DNA of 63,380 bases, filler included, from Stramenopiles sp. TOSAG23-2 (taxonomy: Eukaryota): the NCBI GenBank assembly GCA_900128395.1. It is 11 parts of 11 records of this genome, joined end to end, with 100 filler letters (N's around TTAATTAATTAA, not from the genome) between each part and the next. Parts side by side here need not be neighbours in the genome. Positions count along the whole stretch, not along the records: positions 8,209 to 16,304 come from LT650237.1; positions 16,405 to 24,481 come from LT650238.1; 9 more parts are not named here. The stretch is one strand, 5' to 3'. The stretch's first letter is position 1. Each line of letters opens with the position of its first letter. Below are positions 10,135 to 21,346 of this stretch, one piece after another. Under the pieces are notes generated by a model, which did no database searches, was not told the DNA's origin, and was given only the letters and a program-made list of their open reading frames with translations. The translations under genes and the position numbers were made by a program.

Positions 10135-13100
10135 TTAAATATTATTAACACTTTCCTGACTCAAACCTTCATAACATGTTAATCCTTCTGCATTTGCTAT
10201 ACTATCATCGGCACCTTTTTTAATAAAATAATCACCCAAGCTTTCAAAGCTATATGCAAAGCAATAATGCAATACGGTATTCCCAGCCAAATTGGTTTGA
10301 TTGATATTTGCACCACGACGTAATAATAATTTTGCAATTTTCTTTAAACCTTGTTGTGCAGCTACAAGTAATGGTGTATTACCATTATCATCAGCTGAAT
10401 TGACATCCACGCCTTCATCCAACATTGCATCGACACCATCGTATTCTGCATTCCTGACGTATGAAAAGATTTTATGTGTATTTTCTAACATTTCTTCCTC
10501 CTTCGTCATGGTAGCTTCAGACTTACTTAATCCACCATCACCAACACTTTCACCGGCACCTAAGCGCTCAGCATCTGCCATAATATCTAATATAATTTCA
10601 ACATTGCCTTCAAGTTTCAAAACTGGTCTTCCACAATTATGTGAATTCACGCCTTTACCAATAATGATATCTCCAAGTTTATCCACACCTGGAGTTTCTT
10701 GCGTAACAAACGAACCTTTTCTATCTTCAATGATACGAATTAATGTCGAATTAGGAGCAGCTATCTCAGACAATCTACCGGTAACTTTGACTGGTATCAA
10801 CTTCATGTTAACATATGTTTGTGTACCCAATGTACCGGCGGAGAAACCAAGTTTCTTGCGTAACAAACGAACCTTTTCTATCTTCAATGATACGAATTAA
10901 TGTCGAATTAGGAGCAGCTGCTTCAGACAATCTACCAGTAACTTCGACTGGTATCAACTTCATGTTAACATATGTTTGTGTAACCAATGTACCGGCGGAG
11001 AAACCAGGTGCAGGAACATGTTTATTTGGATCCAATTCAATTTTAATGGCATCCAAATTAACAGACACGGTTTTGAATTCTTCATGCGTTGTACCTTGCG
11101 ATGGATCAACTACACCAACAACAGATGCAGTATTACAAATACATAAACCTGGTGGTGCAGTCGCAACATTTGTACTTGTAGCTGCAGTCACGAAATTTTG
11201 TTTCATTTTAACAGGTTTCAATCGTCGCCATGCCAAACGTCGTCGCATCATTTCATTATGTTTATTATGTATTTTACGAGGTCGTATCAATTTCTTTCGT
11301 TTTTCTTCAGCATCTTCGTCATCACTATCCGCATCTTCTTCTTCTGAATCTGTCTCTAGCTCCCACGTCTCTTCTTTGTATTCTTTCTCTTCTCCATCAT
11401 CAATATATTCCCCATCTGCATTCTTTCGTCGTCGTCTTTTAACGTTCTTTTTATGTTCCTCTTTTTTAATTCCTAATTTTTCAGCAAGCATTTCAACAAA
11501 TTTTTCATTGTCACCAAGTTTATCCACAAAACCTTTTATGGACGTTGGAAGTTCCTCAGAATGTCGACTTAATTTCGCCTTTGCTCTTTCCGCTTCTTCT
11601 TTTGCTTTAAGTACCGCGCGATGTTGTTCATACAATGCTTTTTCTGCCTCCAACGCTTTGACTGACGCTATGACATCAAGCGGTTCATCGAAGACACTTT
11701 GTGCAGATACTCCATGGTACCAATATTTTTTACCAGATGCTTCATCGATTAATTCAGTATATGCATCAACTTCAGCTAGTAAATCCAATACGCGTTGACT
11801 ATCTTCAGTACCCATATCAACAAATAGGACACCGTCGAATTCATCACTCTCACCAAATGCATAGGCACAAAATTCAGCAAAGGTGATGAAACCATCACCA
11901 TTGCGATCAAATGCACTTGCTAGTTCTTGAAGTTCATCTGGATAAAATTCAACTGCTTCGCCAACGAATAGCAATTCCATTGTGTTTTTAAACTCTTCCA
12001 TTGATATTTGTCCATCTCCATTGGTATCGAAATCATCAAATGGTTTTCTTAAATCATATTTGGTCTCGTTGATTTTTGCACGTTCATCTAAAAATCTACG
12101 CAAACGTTGTCTAACTGCTATGAAATGCTTTCGTTTTTCCTCTGCTTTTTCTTTCAAACGTTTTTCTCTTTCCGCTACTAGTTTATTATGGCGTTCAGTT
12201 GCCAAACGAGCTTCCTTTGTTCTAGGAGTTTCTTCTTTTAATTTTTCCACATCATCGGATAATTTGGAAAAATCTAAAATACCCATAGCTCTTAAACGTG
12301 GTTCTGCTTCTTTAATAGCTTGCGCCATATCCTGTCCACCGATGACACCTGCCCATAGTTTTGGTCGATCCCATTGACTACCGTTACCCGTTTCACGTTC
12401 TTTTTTAACACTATGATAAAATATGGTACCACCTTGGTCTTGTTGCCCAGTTTCTGGATCCATATATGCAACCCAATCGCCAGATCCAGCTGCAAGCGTT
12501 ATACCGACAATTGTTGAACGATTGCGCCTCATCTCCCATGTTTTTGGATCATCTCCAGCACCACGACCCTTTCCTTTCATACGTTTTGCTGCACGTAATT
12601 TTGCCATACGTTCCGAACGCTCCAATGCTTCCCGTTGACTCTTGCGTTTCTCTGCCATAGCTTTACCCGCTTCAATACGTGCTTGAATAGCAGCCATTTG
12701 TGCCTCTTTCTTTTCTTTCTCCGCTTTCTCACGCTCTTCTCGTAACCACCATGACAACTTGCGCATTTCTAACTGGCCAAGTTTGTAAGTATCCATTCTA
12801 GAAACGTAAATATTCGGATCATTTGAACCTGATGCCACTCTTCTAGTACTGACATATGCATAATCAATTGCTACACGTGGTTTTGCTAATTGCCCACCAG
12901 CTAATTCTTCACTATGCCATGTATGGCGTCTAGGCCAGCAACCAGGTGCATTTGGCACAGCTGCTGTTTGTGTTACCCCATATGCTTTCGCGATAATAAC
13001 TGGATCACTAAATGAAACATCTTGTTTCGACCAAAATGCAAAACCTTTTTTAGCATGTCGTTCTGGATCATTCCGCCTATGCCCGATGTACATAGTTTGT

Positions 13101-16100
13101 GTCCCGTCCATGTTTCTATGACCTTCAAAATGATAATCCAATGGTCGTACATCGGAATTGAATGCTACAATAGAATCTGTAATGCGTGAATTCATTTCAG
13201 AACGTAGCTGTCGAACAGAAATTGGAGCAACCAATGCGCTAATTGGTCCACCGACTGCCTCCTCCGGTGCTGGCGGCGCTTGCTCTACAATTGTATCATA
13301 ACCACCAAGCATCGGGCAAAGCAAAGCTGTTTCTAAACTCGTTGCAATTGTTACTAACACAGAATTTGTGGAAGACAATTCAGGATCACGACGGAAAATT
13401 CCAGTACAAACATCTATCAAACCGTAAATACCAGTGCCGGGCACTTTTCCAAACCCATCATGTGCACCGCAAACAATATATGAAAGTGTTGCCTCTGCAA
13501 GCGCCAATCGCTCCTCTTCCCTAGCAGCTTCCTCTGCTGCTGCCCATTCCTCCGCTTCATCACGACCTCGCACGGAAGATTGTACTTCTCCAAGTCGGGT
13601 CCCTTCTGCACCAGGCAATGCTACTATTAATTGCCCATCTTGTCCAGTCGGTGCCCCTGGAACTGGTTCAGCATCTTCATCTATTTCTGGGCTTGGAACC
13701 ATTGATATTAATTTCAAAATCATTTTACCTTTATCTTTTTTCAGCGCACGTTCAACTGCTACACGCAGCTGCTCCGTTTTTGTTTCATCATCCTTTGTTA
13801 CAATGGCAGTGGCCGTATCATGTTCTTCTTTAAAATCCTTCATTTTGGTCTCATACTCTTCGACATCAGCTTTATGTCTAGGAACGGCTATTGATTCTGG
13901 GATATCATATCGTAACGCAGATACAATAGTTTCATGTTCTTTTACTTCATGTTTCACAGGCACGCCATGTTCCCAATGTAATTTTGGTATTAGAAGAAGC
14001 CATAAATGTTTCCTTCGTTCTGCCCAGTTTGTCCACCATTTATTTATCACTTTCACCCATCGCATACGTTCCATCATAGGTGTTGTGGTTGGGTTTACTT
14101 CACTTTTCCCTAAACTTTGAAAATGTGTCGGAACAGGACCATCCCAACGAGATGGCCTCAAGCGTATTTCTTCATTGAAAATATCGGTAAAATACAATTC
14201 CATTTCTTCAAATTCATCGAATTGGAATTTCTCTTCCTTTGACTTACAACGTGGTGGTTGAGGAAGCAATCTGAAAATTTCCCAACCTGACAATTTAACT
14301 TCCGCCCTTTCTCTAGTTAACGGTTCATATGCTATTATATGTACACAAGTCGAACTTGGCCTTGGAGCAGATGCGGATGTACTAACATTAATTGTGACGA
14401 CTACATAACGACCATCAATTTGCGTACAAAACATATCTGCTCTTGTGGATCCAGCTTTTGAAGCTTCTAAGAAATCTTTCTCCCGTTGTTCTTTTAGTTT
14501 TTCCAATGCTACCTCACGATCTTCTAAATACTTTTTCCAATCATCACGCACTTTACCACGCCTTTTACTTATATCAGCATCTGTCTTCGCAAGTACTGCA
14601 CGTCTATCTGCTAATTTATTTAGCACCATTTGCTTTGCTGCTTTTTGAATTAAAAATTCCATTTTACTATCATCTATTTGAACGGCAGAAGCGGACGAGT
14701 CTTCATGATTATGAACGTGTAAAACTAAACGTCTTTTGTTGCCACGACCACGACGGAAAATGGATAAACTGATATCGGCAAGCTCTGTTATTTTTTTATT
14801 TTTTGGTGCTGAAGTCCACATACAATTAACTTGGTCTGCTGCCGTTTCAAACGGAACATCCATAATTGGAACTTTTGCACTACCTCTAAACCATGGCCGA
14901 GCCCACATCGCCCGTCGATTCTTTGCTCTTTCTTCTGCCTCGCGATCTTTCTCCGCTGATGTTAAAACTACTTCACCATCACCACCACCTTCAACGGCAC
15001 CGGAAGCAGTAACCGATCCCCAACCTTTCTTTAACTGAGACGATTTGATCGAAGATTGCATGGCACGATTGATGGATACTGATTGAACTTGCGCATTAAA
15101 TGCCTTTACAGCATGTGCAGGTCTACGATCTTTAATACCTTTAACTGTATTTCGTAAATGGGCATTCTCATCATCATCTTTTCCCTCATGTGCTGGTCTA
15201 TTTGCATGCCAAATTGTTATTAAATCTAATGAATAGGCTTTCAACTGGTTCCTAGCTCTCGCCCGCCGCCTTGAACGTTCATTTTCCATTGTACAAAAAT
15301 TTCCGAACTGTGCCTTTAACGGATGCGGTGGTATGGTAACAACCGCACGAATTACATTTTCCTCCCTTTCCAACCTCTCAGCTTCTAAAACAGCTTCTTG
15401 CCCTGCTTGATATGCTTGCTCCCGTTCTATCTCATCTCGATACTTTCGTTTTAAATCATCAGCACTCCAACCGGTTGGCCCTTGCACTTCATCTTCTCTA
15501 TCTAATATTAATCCTAAATTCCTCATTCCTTCCTCTACGCCAGTTTTTTGATCTGGGTTTGCCCATTTCGATGCTGACATTCTACGATCAACGCCATGAT
15601 CAGCACGTAACATTGCTAACGCATGGACATCACCTTTAATAGTTGCTCCTGCTAATTGTGCAGCTTCACGTAATACTTGTCGGCCACTTTTACCTGCCTC
15701 CTTTAATTCATTTTTCATTTGTTTTACCGTTTCATCTTCATCTTCGTTTTCTAAAAAATTTACACCAGCATTTTGCTTGGAGCGAGTTTGCATGAATGGC
15801 GATTGCATTAATTTTGCTTTATCTTTATGACTAAGTTCTTTTTTACGACGTTGTGATAAAGCTCTAGCAGTTCTATCTATAGATTCTTGATGTACACTTG
15901 GTAAGGACTGAGCATTTGTCATAGTCATCCCTCCTTGTAAAACATGGGCACTTTGTGACATAGTTGATGACGTTGCCATCATAGGAGATTGAAACGTTTG
16001 ACTCCCACCGGCTATTTTTGGAAATTGGGTTGACCCAGCTCCAAAAGTTCTCATAGCACCTGGTTCATCTGTTTGTGGGCCCCAAGTAGAACCACCACCT

Positions 16101-16282
16101 AACGTTGAGCCAGGCGATGGCATAGCACCTGATTGACCTAACGTAGAATAACCTCCTCCTGAACTAGACATACCCATGGTATTCGTACCCCCATGTGACG
16201 GTGATTTCATTTTGTTTGCTTTTATACGGTTTCTTTGTTCCATCATTTTTTCCCTAGCAGCTTCTTTTACTTTTCTTTTCAT
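10135..16282 (-). CDS. Large protein with WW-like modules, an EF-hand pair and C-terminal ankyrin repeats; frame broken by a 157-bp duplication
   Basis: ORFs 10808-16282 and 10135-10887 join if one duplicated unit is removed. EF hands DTNGDGQISMEEF and DRNGDGFITFAEF; WW-like WVAYMDPETG..FYH..SQWDRP and IDEASGKKYWYH..FDEP; ankyrin GNTPLLVAA and GNTVLHYC. Confidence 0.85.
10693..11006. repeat. Diverged 157-bp tandem duplication (2 copies)
   Basis: Units 10693-10849 and 10850-11006; about 6 substitutions, no indels. Confidence 0.95.
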
Positions 16283-16304
16283 ATGTTGTTTTAAAATTTT
16301 TTTA

Positions 16305-16404
16305 NNNNNNNNNNNNNNNNNNNNNNNNNNNNNNNNNNNNNNNNNNNNTTAATTAATTAANNNNNNNNNNNNNNNNNNNNNNNNNNNNNNNNNNNNNNNN
16401 NNNN
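16305..16404. other. Artificial contig linker
   Basis: N44-TTAATTAATTAA-N44. Confidence 0.99.
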
Positions 16405-16535
16405 GCATATTACTTAACACGAGAAGTGTAAAATTATTATAACTTAGATTTTAACCGTCTTTATATTTATATTACAGTATGTTAGCTTTATTTCTACATC
16501 GTTTGTTGCCACTGTGTTCTTCATCATCATCTTCT

Positions 16536-18908
16536 TCATAAGCGATAATTTAAATCTTGAATTACTATATTGCTTTTCCAATCCAATTCGGATTGTTCTT
16601 TCTCTTGTGCTGTTTTCTGCTCATCTTTAAATTTTTCCATCCTCTCAGCAATAGCCTTGCTCTCAAAGTCATATAATTGCCTTGCTGAGCATTCATGGCA
16701 TTTAACATCCTCACTAAGACCACGGCCAAGAAGTAGTTGAAAAAATCCAAAGTTAGCCGCTATGCAGTCACTATACGCCCCACCCCACCAGTAACTCCCA
16801 ATATCTATATTGGTTTTATTTTTAAATTCCTTAGCATAGCTTTCAAAAACATTTGGCCAAGACAACAGTGGGCAATGATAGTTTTTTTCCAAGTATTCTT
16901 CATCTGCTTTTGTTAAATTCCTTATGTTCTTGACTTGTTTACTTAATTGCGTATTCAAATGTTCAATTACCACATCCAATTTAATTATTTTGGAATGTAA
17001 TGATACCATATCAAGCATGCATCCTTTAATTTTAGACCTTAATTTATCTATATGCTTCTTTTTCTCAGGTGAATACCCCTTTTCCAAAGCTAGTTTCTTT
17101 TCCTCTTTTTTGATTTCGCAATTGCTTTTAATTGACTTAAAATTTTCACAAGGTTCTTTTATTTCTTTATTAAGATTTTCATCATTATCATTGCATATAA
17201 CTAACAACTCTGACAGTTGGTTTTGCGTCTTTGAATATGCTACAATAATTTGTTTGATCTTCCAAAATTTTTTAACCTTATCAAGTGCAGTTTTCCCATC
17301 GTCAATTAGATCAACTGAAGTTTTTACCTCGTCAAAGACAGCTGAAGTTTTTACCTCGCCAAAGAAGAAATCAATTTTTCTTTGAAACCAACCTTTTTTT
17401 TTAGCTGCTGCTTTAGCTACTTTACCAACATCATCTGGTAATACATCACTACTTTTTGATTTCAAACCATCCTTACGAGTTAATTTCTTCCATCCATTTT
17501 TAATACCATCCTTTGCATTCGTTGCTGCATCACCTAATATTTTCATATCATTTTTAAATTCTGGATGAAATTCCATTCCAAATCGTTTGAAAATGGATTT
17601 TGCTTCATCTGCTTTAACTTTCAATACTTTATCTAAACCACTCATTACAATGATTTCTGTAACTGCACCAACCATACTAAATGCATCTTCAATCATTTTC
17701 TTTTTGCAAGTACCATGACATTTATTAGCAATCAATTTCTTTGTACCTTGATATAACGATACAACTTTATTTTTCATATAATCAAATGAAAAATATAATC
17801 CCATTATCATACCAGCATATTTAATAATAAGTGGTAGAACTACATATCCAGCTGCCATAAATACAATGTTCATAATCAACATAGCAGCAATTATGCCAAC
17901 CATAACCACTAACATTTTTGTTGCGGGACATTCCCACATATATTTCATACCTTCTTTTAATAATTCCACCAACGATGTAATAAACGCCTTTACAGAATGT
18001 ATAATAGGTTTGCGACCTTTTGATGTCCATACTTTTTTGTGTACTTTTTTCATATGTGACCACATACTTTTAAACGTATGGGTAACGTTTTTTAATTTTT
18101 CATGTACGTTTTTTAATTTTTCATGTACGTTTCCACCGTCACATTTTGGATCTTCAAATTTAGTACGTAGATCGGATGCCATACCAGATAAAAAGCCATC
18201 TACAAAACCAAACAAGGCTGCTCCAATACCACCTTTTGCGGTCAGCGCTTTATCTATTTCTTTGGTATGTGCAACGGCTTTGCTTGTATCTAGGTTTTTC
18301 ACCTCTAGCTTTTCAATAGTACCTTTTGCAACACATTCACACTCGTTAATTCTAACTGTATCGCAAATACATTCTCCTTTGCATGGGTTATGTTTAGCTG
18401 GACGACAATCTGAGTGTTTTCCACAAGTAAGGGTAGTGGTTCGCTTGCATTCACCTGATGATGACGCTTTACTATCGCTTGCTGCTGTCTTACTGTCACC
18501 CAAGTTACTCATAGCTTTCTCTAACAGAATTGATACATGATTACGATGTTCTTTCAATTCACTTGGTGATAATATTTTATTTTCAGGTATTTCCTTTAAA
18601 CTTTTTAGATCCTTTAATATAGGACTATTCTCAAACGAAAACCCTTCTTTTAAACTTTTATGCATTTCAATCATTTCTAGGGTACCATATGCTTCTGCCG
18701 ACATACCATGCATATCCTGTACTTCTAGAAAACTATCAACATCAATAGAATCCATCATATTGACCATATTATTTAACGAAGACGATAATTGTATATTTTT
18801 TCGTAATCCAACAGTTTGACGAATATTAGTTGCTACCGTGATCCCTTCGTTGGACAACAAGAGGATCAGATAAAATACAGCAAGCTGTATAATAGACGAT
18901 TGCTTCAT
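16536..18908 (-). CDS. Secreted/membrane-inserting protein of unknown function
   Basis: 790 aa; signal peptide MKQSSIIQLAVFYLILLLS; Cys-rich module; long hydrophobic hairpin; short repeats NVHEKLK and EVKTS. Confidence 0.8.
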   Translation of the reverse strand: MKQSSIIQLAVFYLILLLSNEGITVATNIRQTVGLRKNIQLSSSLNNMVNMMDSIDVDSFLEVQDMHGMSAEAYGTLEMIEMHKSLKEGFSFENSPILKDLKSLKEIPENKILSPSELKEHRNHVSILLEKAMSNLGDSKTAASDSKASSSGECKRTTTLTCGKHSDCRPAKHNPCKGECICDTVRINECECVAKGTIEKLEVKNLDTSKAVAHTKEIDKALTAKGGIGAALFGFVDGFLSGMASDLRTKFEDPKCDGGNVHEKLKNVHEKLKNVTHTFKSMWSHMKKVHKKVWTSKGRKPIIHSVKAFITSLVELLKEGMKYMWECPATKMLVVMVGIIAAMLIMNIVFMAAGYVVLPLIIKYAGMIMGLYFSFDYMKNKVVSLYQGTKKLIANKCHGTCKKKMIEDAFSMVGAVTEIIVMSGLDKVLKVKADEAKSIFKRFGMEFHPEFKNDMKILGDAATNAKDGIKNGWKKLTRKDGLKSKSSDVLPDDVGKVAKAAAKKKGWFQRKIDFFFGEVKTSAVFDEVKTSVDLIDDGKTALDKVKKFWKIKQIIVAYSKTQNQLSELLVICNDNDENLNKEIKEPCENFKSIKSNCEIKKEEKKLALEKGYSPEKKKHIDKLRSKIKGCMLDMVSLHSKIIKLDVVIEHLNTQLSKQVKNIRNLTKADEEYLEKNYHCPLLSWPNVFESYAKEFKNKTNIDIGSYWWGGAYSDCIAANFGFFQLLLGRGLSEDVKCHECSARQLYDFESKAIAERMEKFKDEQKTAQEKEQSELDWKSNIVIQDLNYRL

Positions 18909-19807
18909 GTTGTAGAATGTAGAATGCTGAGTCTGTTTTTTATTTCAAATTAAAACTAGACACAATAAGTTATCCAGAGAACGTTTCTTTTGTCTATATG
19001 ACATTCGTTTGTTTGCTGCAAAAGTATGTAGATTATTTTTGTATTGTTTATATATTAGTATTGATTATTTATTATTTACTCTGTAGTATATTTATTATTG
19101 CTATCCAGCTATATTCCCAGATTGCCCTCCTTTTTTTTCTATTTTCCTGATTCCTCGTTTTTTATATTATGGTTATACCATTACATATAGGAAGAATCAT
19201 CAGAACACTAGTGAGGGCTAGATAATCATGCAGAAATTAAGGTCAAATATATGCAAAAAACAAAAATTAAGAAAACTATAATATCTGTAGAACGCTATCT
19301 ATGAACTTGGACAATTAATTCTACAACATAAGTTATTCTGTATATATATACTTACAACGAATAGAGATAAAACTGAATCATAATTCAGAAGAAAAATACA
19401 TTTGATTGCCTGTAGGGATTGGCTTATTGAACTCTTGTCTATTTAGTAGTAGTAATATCGTTATTCTTTTTATTTATTTTTTTTATTTTTATTGTATGTA
19501 CACTATGGTCATGTGACGGCAAGAAAAGATCGAGGCGGGTTTCATTTATTATTCGTTGTATTCGGAACAAAAAACAGTCGATGCAGGATTCCAAGGTGGT
19601 TCGAAAAAAAAAATAGTTGTCATATATATGGTATTCCAATTGGCATCAAAACTCGAAAATTGCTTCTTGTATACATAGCAATGATTCAGGGTCCTTTGAT
19701 GGGCTTGAAATACTGAGCAGAGATACCTTTTTGTTTTTTGAGTTTTTGCAATCTTTTGGTTTGCAACCTTTCGGTGACAAAGAACTAAAATCTAGTCATG
19801 TTTTTCA

Positions 19808-20299
19808 TTAGGACCATTGCCCGAAGATAAATTTGTCATCAAGGGCAAAATGGCAAACGTGGACTGTAACGCCATCATAGAAGGCAGCAAATGTCGGTTT
19901 TCCGACGCAATTTCTTATCACCGCAATTTCATTTCTGTTCTTAGTTTTTAGTTTTTCTGCTGGTGCGTCAAATGCATTAAGCGAGGAAAACGTTGTTAAA
20001 AACAATATCATCGACGAGTCTTTATATGGAGTAGCTTCGATTACCGCGTTGTTCACGTTTGTGATGACACAATAATTATTACTGCCACTTCGTCTCTTTT
20101 CTTCGTCCGTCTGTTTTAAGTATAACTTTTTGTATTCGACGGCACGATTGGGTTTCCTATTGAAAGTAGTGGTATCAATAGTGCTGCTAGCTGTTTTCTT
20201 TTCTTCAATTTTTTCGAGCAAAAGCCTCTGAAATCTCTCGTCATCTAGTAGTTCTTGTAGTAATGTTGTGTTGGCCAACGTTCCTATCGTTTCATTCAT
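19808..20299 (-). CDS. Hypothetical protein, possibly the 5' part of a decayed gene
   Basis: 163-aa ATG ORF; downstream 19440-19807 looks coding-like but is interrupted in all frames. Confidence 0.4.
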   Translation of the reverse strand: MNETIGTLANTTLLQELLDDERFQRLLLEKIEEKKTASSTIDTTTFNRKPNRAVEYKKLYLKQTDEEKRRSGSNNYCVITNVNNAVIEATPYKDSSMILFLTTFSSLNAFDAPAEKLKTKNRNEIAVIRNCVGKPTFAAFYDGVTVHVCHFALDDKFIFGQWS

Positions 20300-20990
20300 C
20301 GTCCGTAAATTTCAATGCTCTCCTGTGTTATTTTTAAAGTATCACAATAGTATTATGAGTTTTTTATTTTATTTGCTTGACATAAAGATGATTCAGCAAA
20401 TTAATACAAATAGTGCTTGTATTTTCATAAATTATTTATTATAGAAATAGCATTGTTACTGATGTATCTCCTACCGTAGTTGTTACAATAAGATAATCAT
20501 CCTAGCAAAAACTCTAGCAAAAATGGTGATTTTTAAGGATTTTGCCTTGACAAAAAAACCTGCTAAAAAATGTAATCTCGGATTTAATAATTAAGGTTTT
20601 TCGATGCTATTGCGATGCTGGAAAAATAAAAAATTATTAAATCCAGAAGAAATCTGGTGAGTAAAAATCGCTAGCAGGGTAATAGCGTTGGGATGGCAGT
20701 TTAAAAAGTCCCGACGGCAAAAAAGTCTCAAATTTTGCCATGCTCCATGGGTTCCCGACGATTTTTCATGCTATCGAAGACCTAGAATGACACAAAAAAT
20801 TACAAGGCACACAGCATGGCATAAATATAGATGAAAAAAAGTCCTTAAAACTTAATTGTACTAAATGTATAGACTTTATGGCGCAAAAGTAACCTATCCA
20901 AGGATGCAAAAAAAACAAAAAATCAAAAAAATCCCTTTGGCTTTGCCTTTTACATTTTACACCCTCGTAGTGTTGCAGTATGATTTTTGC

Positions 20991-21054
20991 TAGGCCGTAA
21001 TAGCATTGTTTTAGGCCGTAATATTATAGCATTGTTTTAGGGCGTAATAGCATT
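20991..21054. repeat. Short tandem repeat, unit ~TAGGCCGTAATAGCATTGTTT x3
   Basis: Three imperfect copies visible. Confidence 0.85.
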
Positions 21055-21346
21055 ACTCTTGTAATTGTTTTGCCTACTTCCTACTTCCTTCTTAAATAAT
21101 AATAATAAATATCAAATATATCTTCTTTTAATTCTTAAATACTACTACTATTGAAATCTAAATGGAACGCGTTAATTATAGTATCAAAACATTTAATTTA
21201 AATAAAAATTGCTACGTATTCCATACTCATAAACAGGAACAAGAACTAAACACAAAAATCATACTGGAATCTATTAAAGACTTTAATGAAAACGCGAGTA
21301 AATCCCGAACAAAACATTATTTGTAGTTTTTTTTTACGACTCAACG

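Noticed and set aside
10301-15639. Long antisense ORFs over the WW/EF-hand/ankyrin gene and other genes
   Set aside because: Shadow ORFs of the real coding strand with no independent motifs.
20941-20960. U5 snRNA loop-like GCCTTTTAC
   Set aside because: No flanking stem or Sm site.
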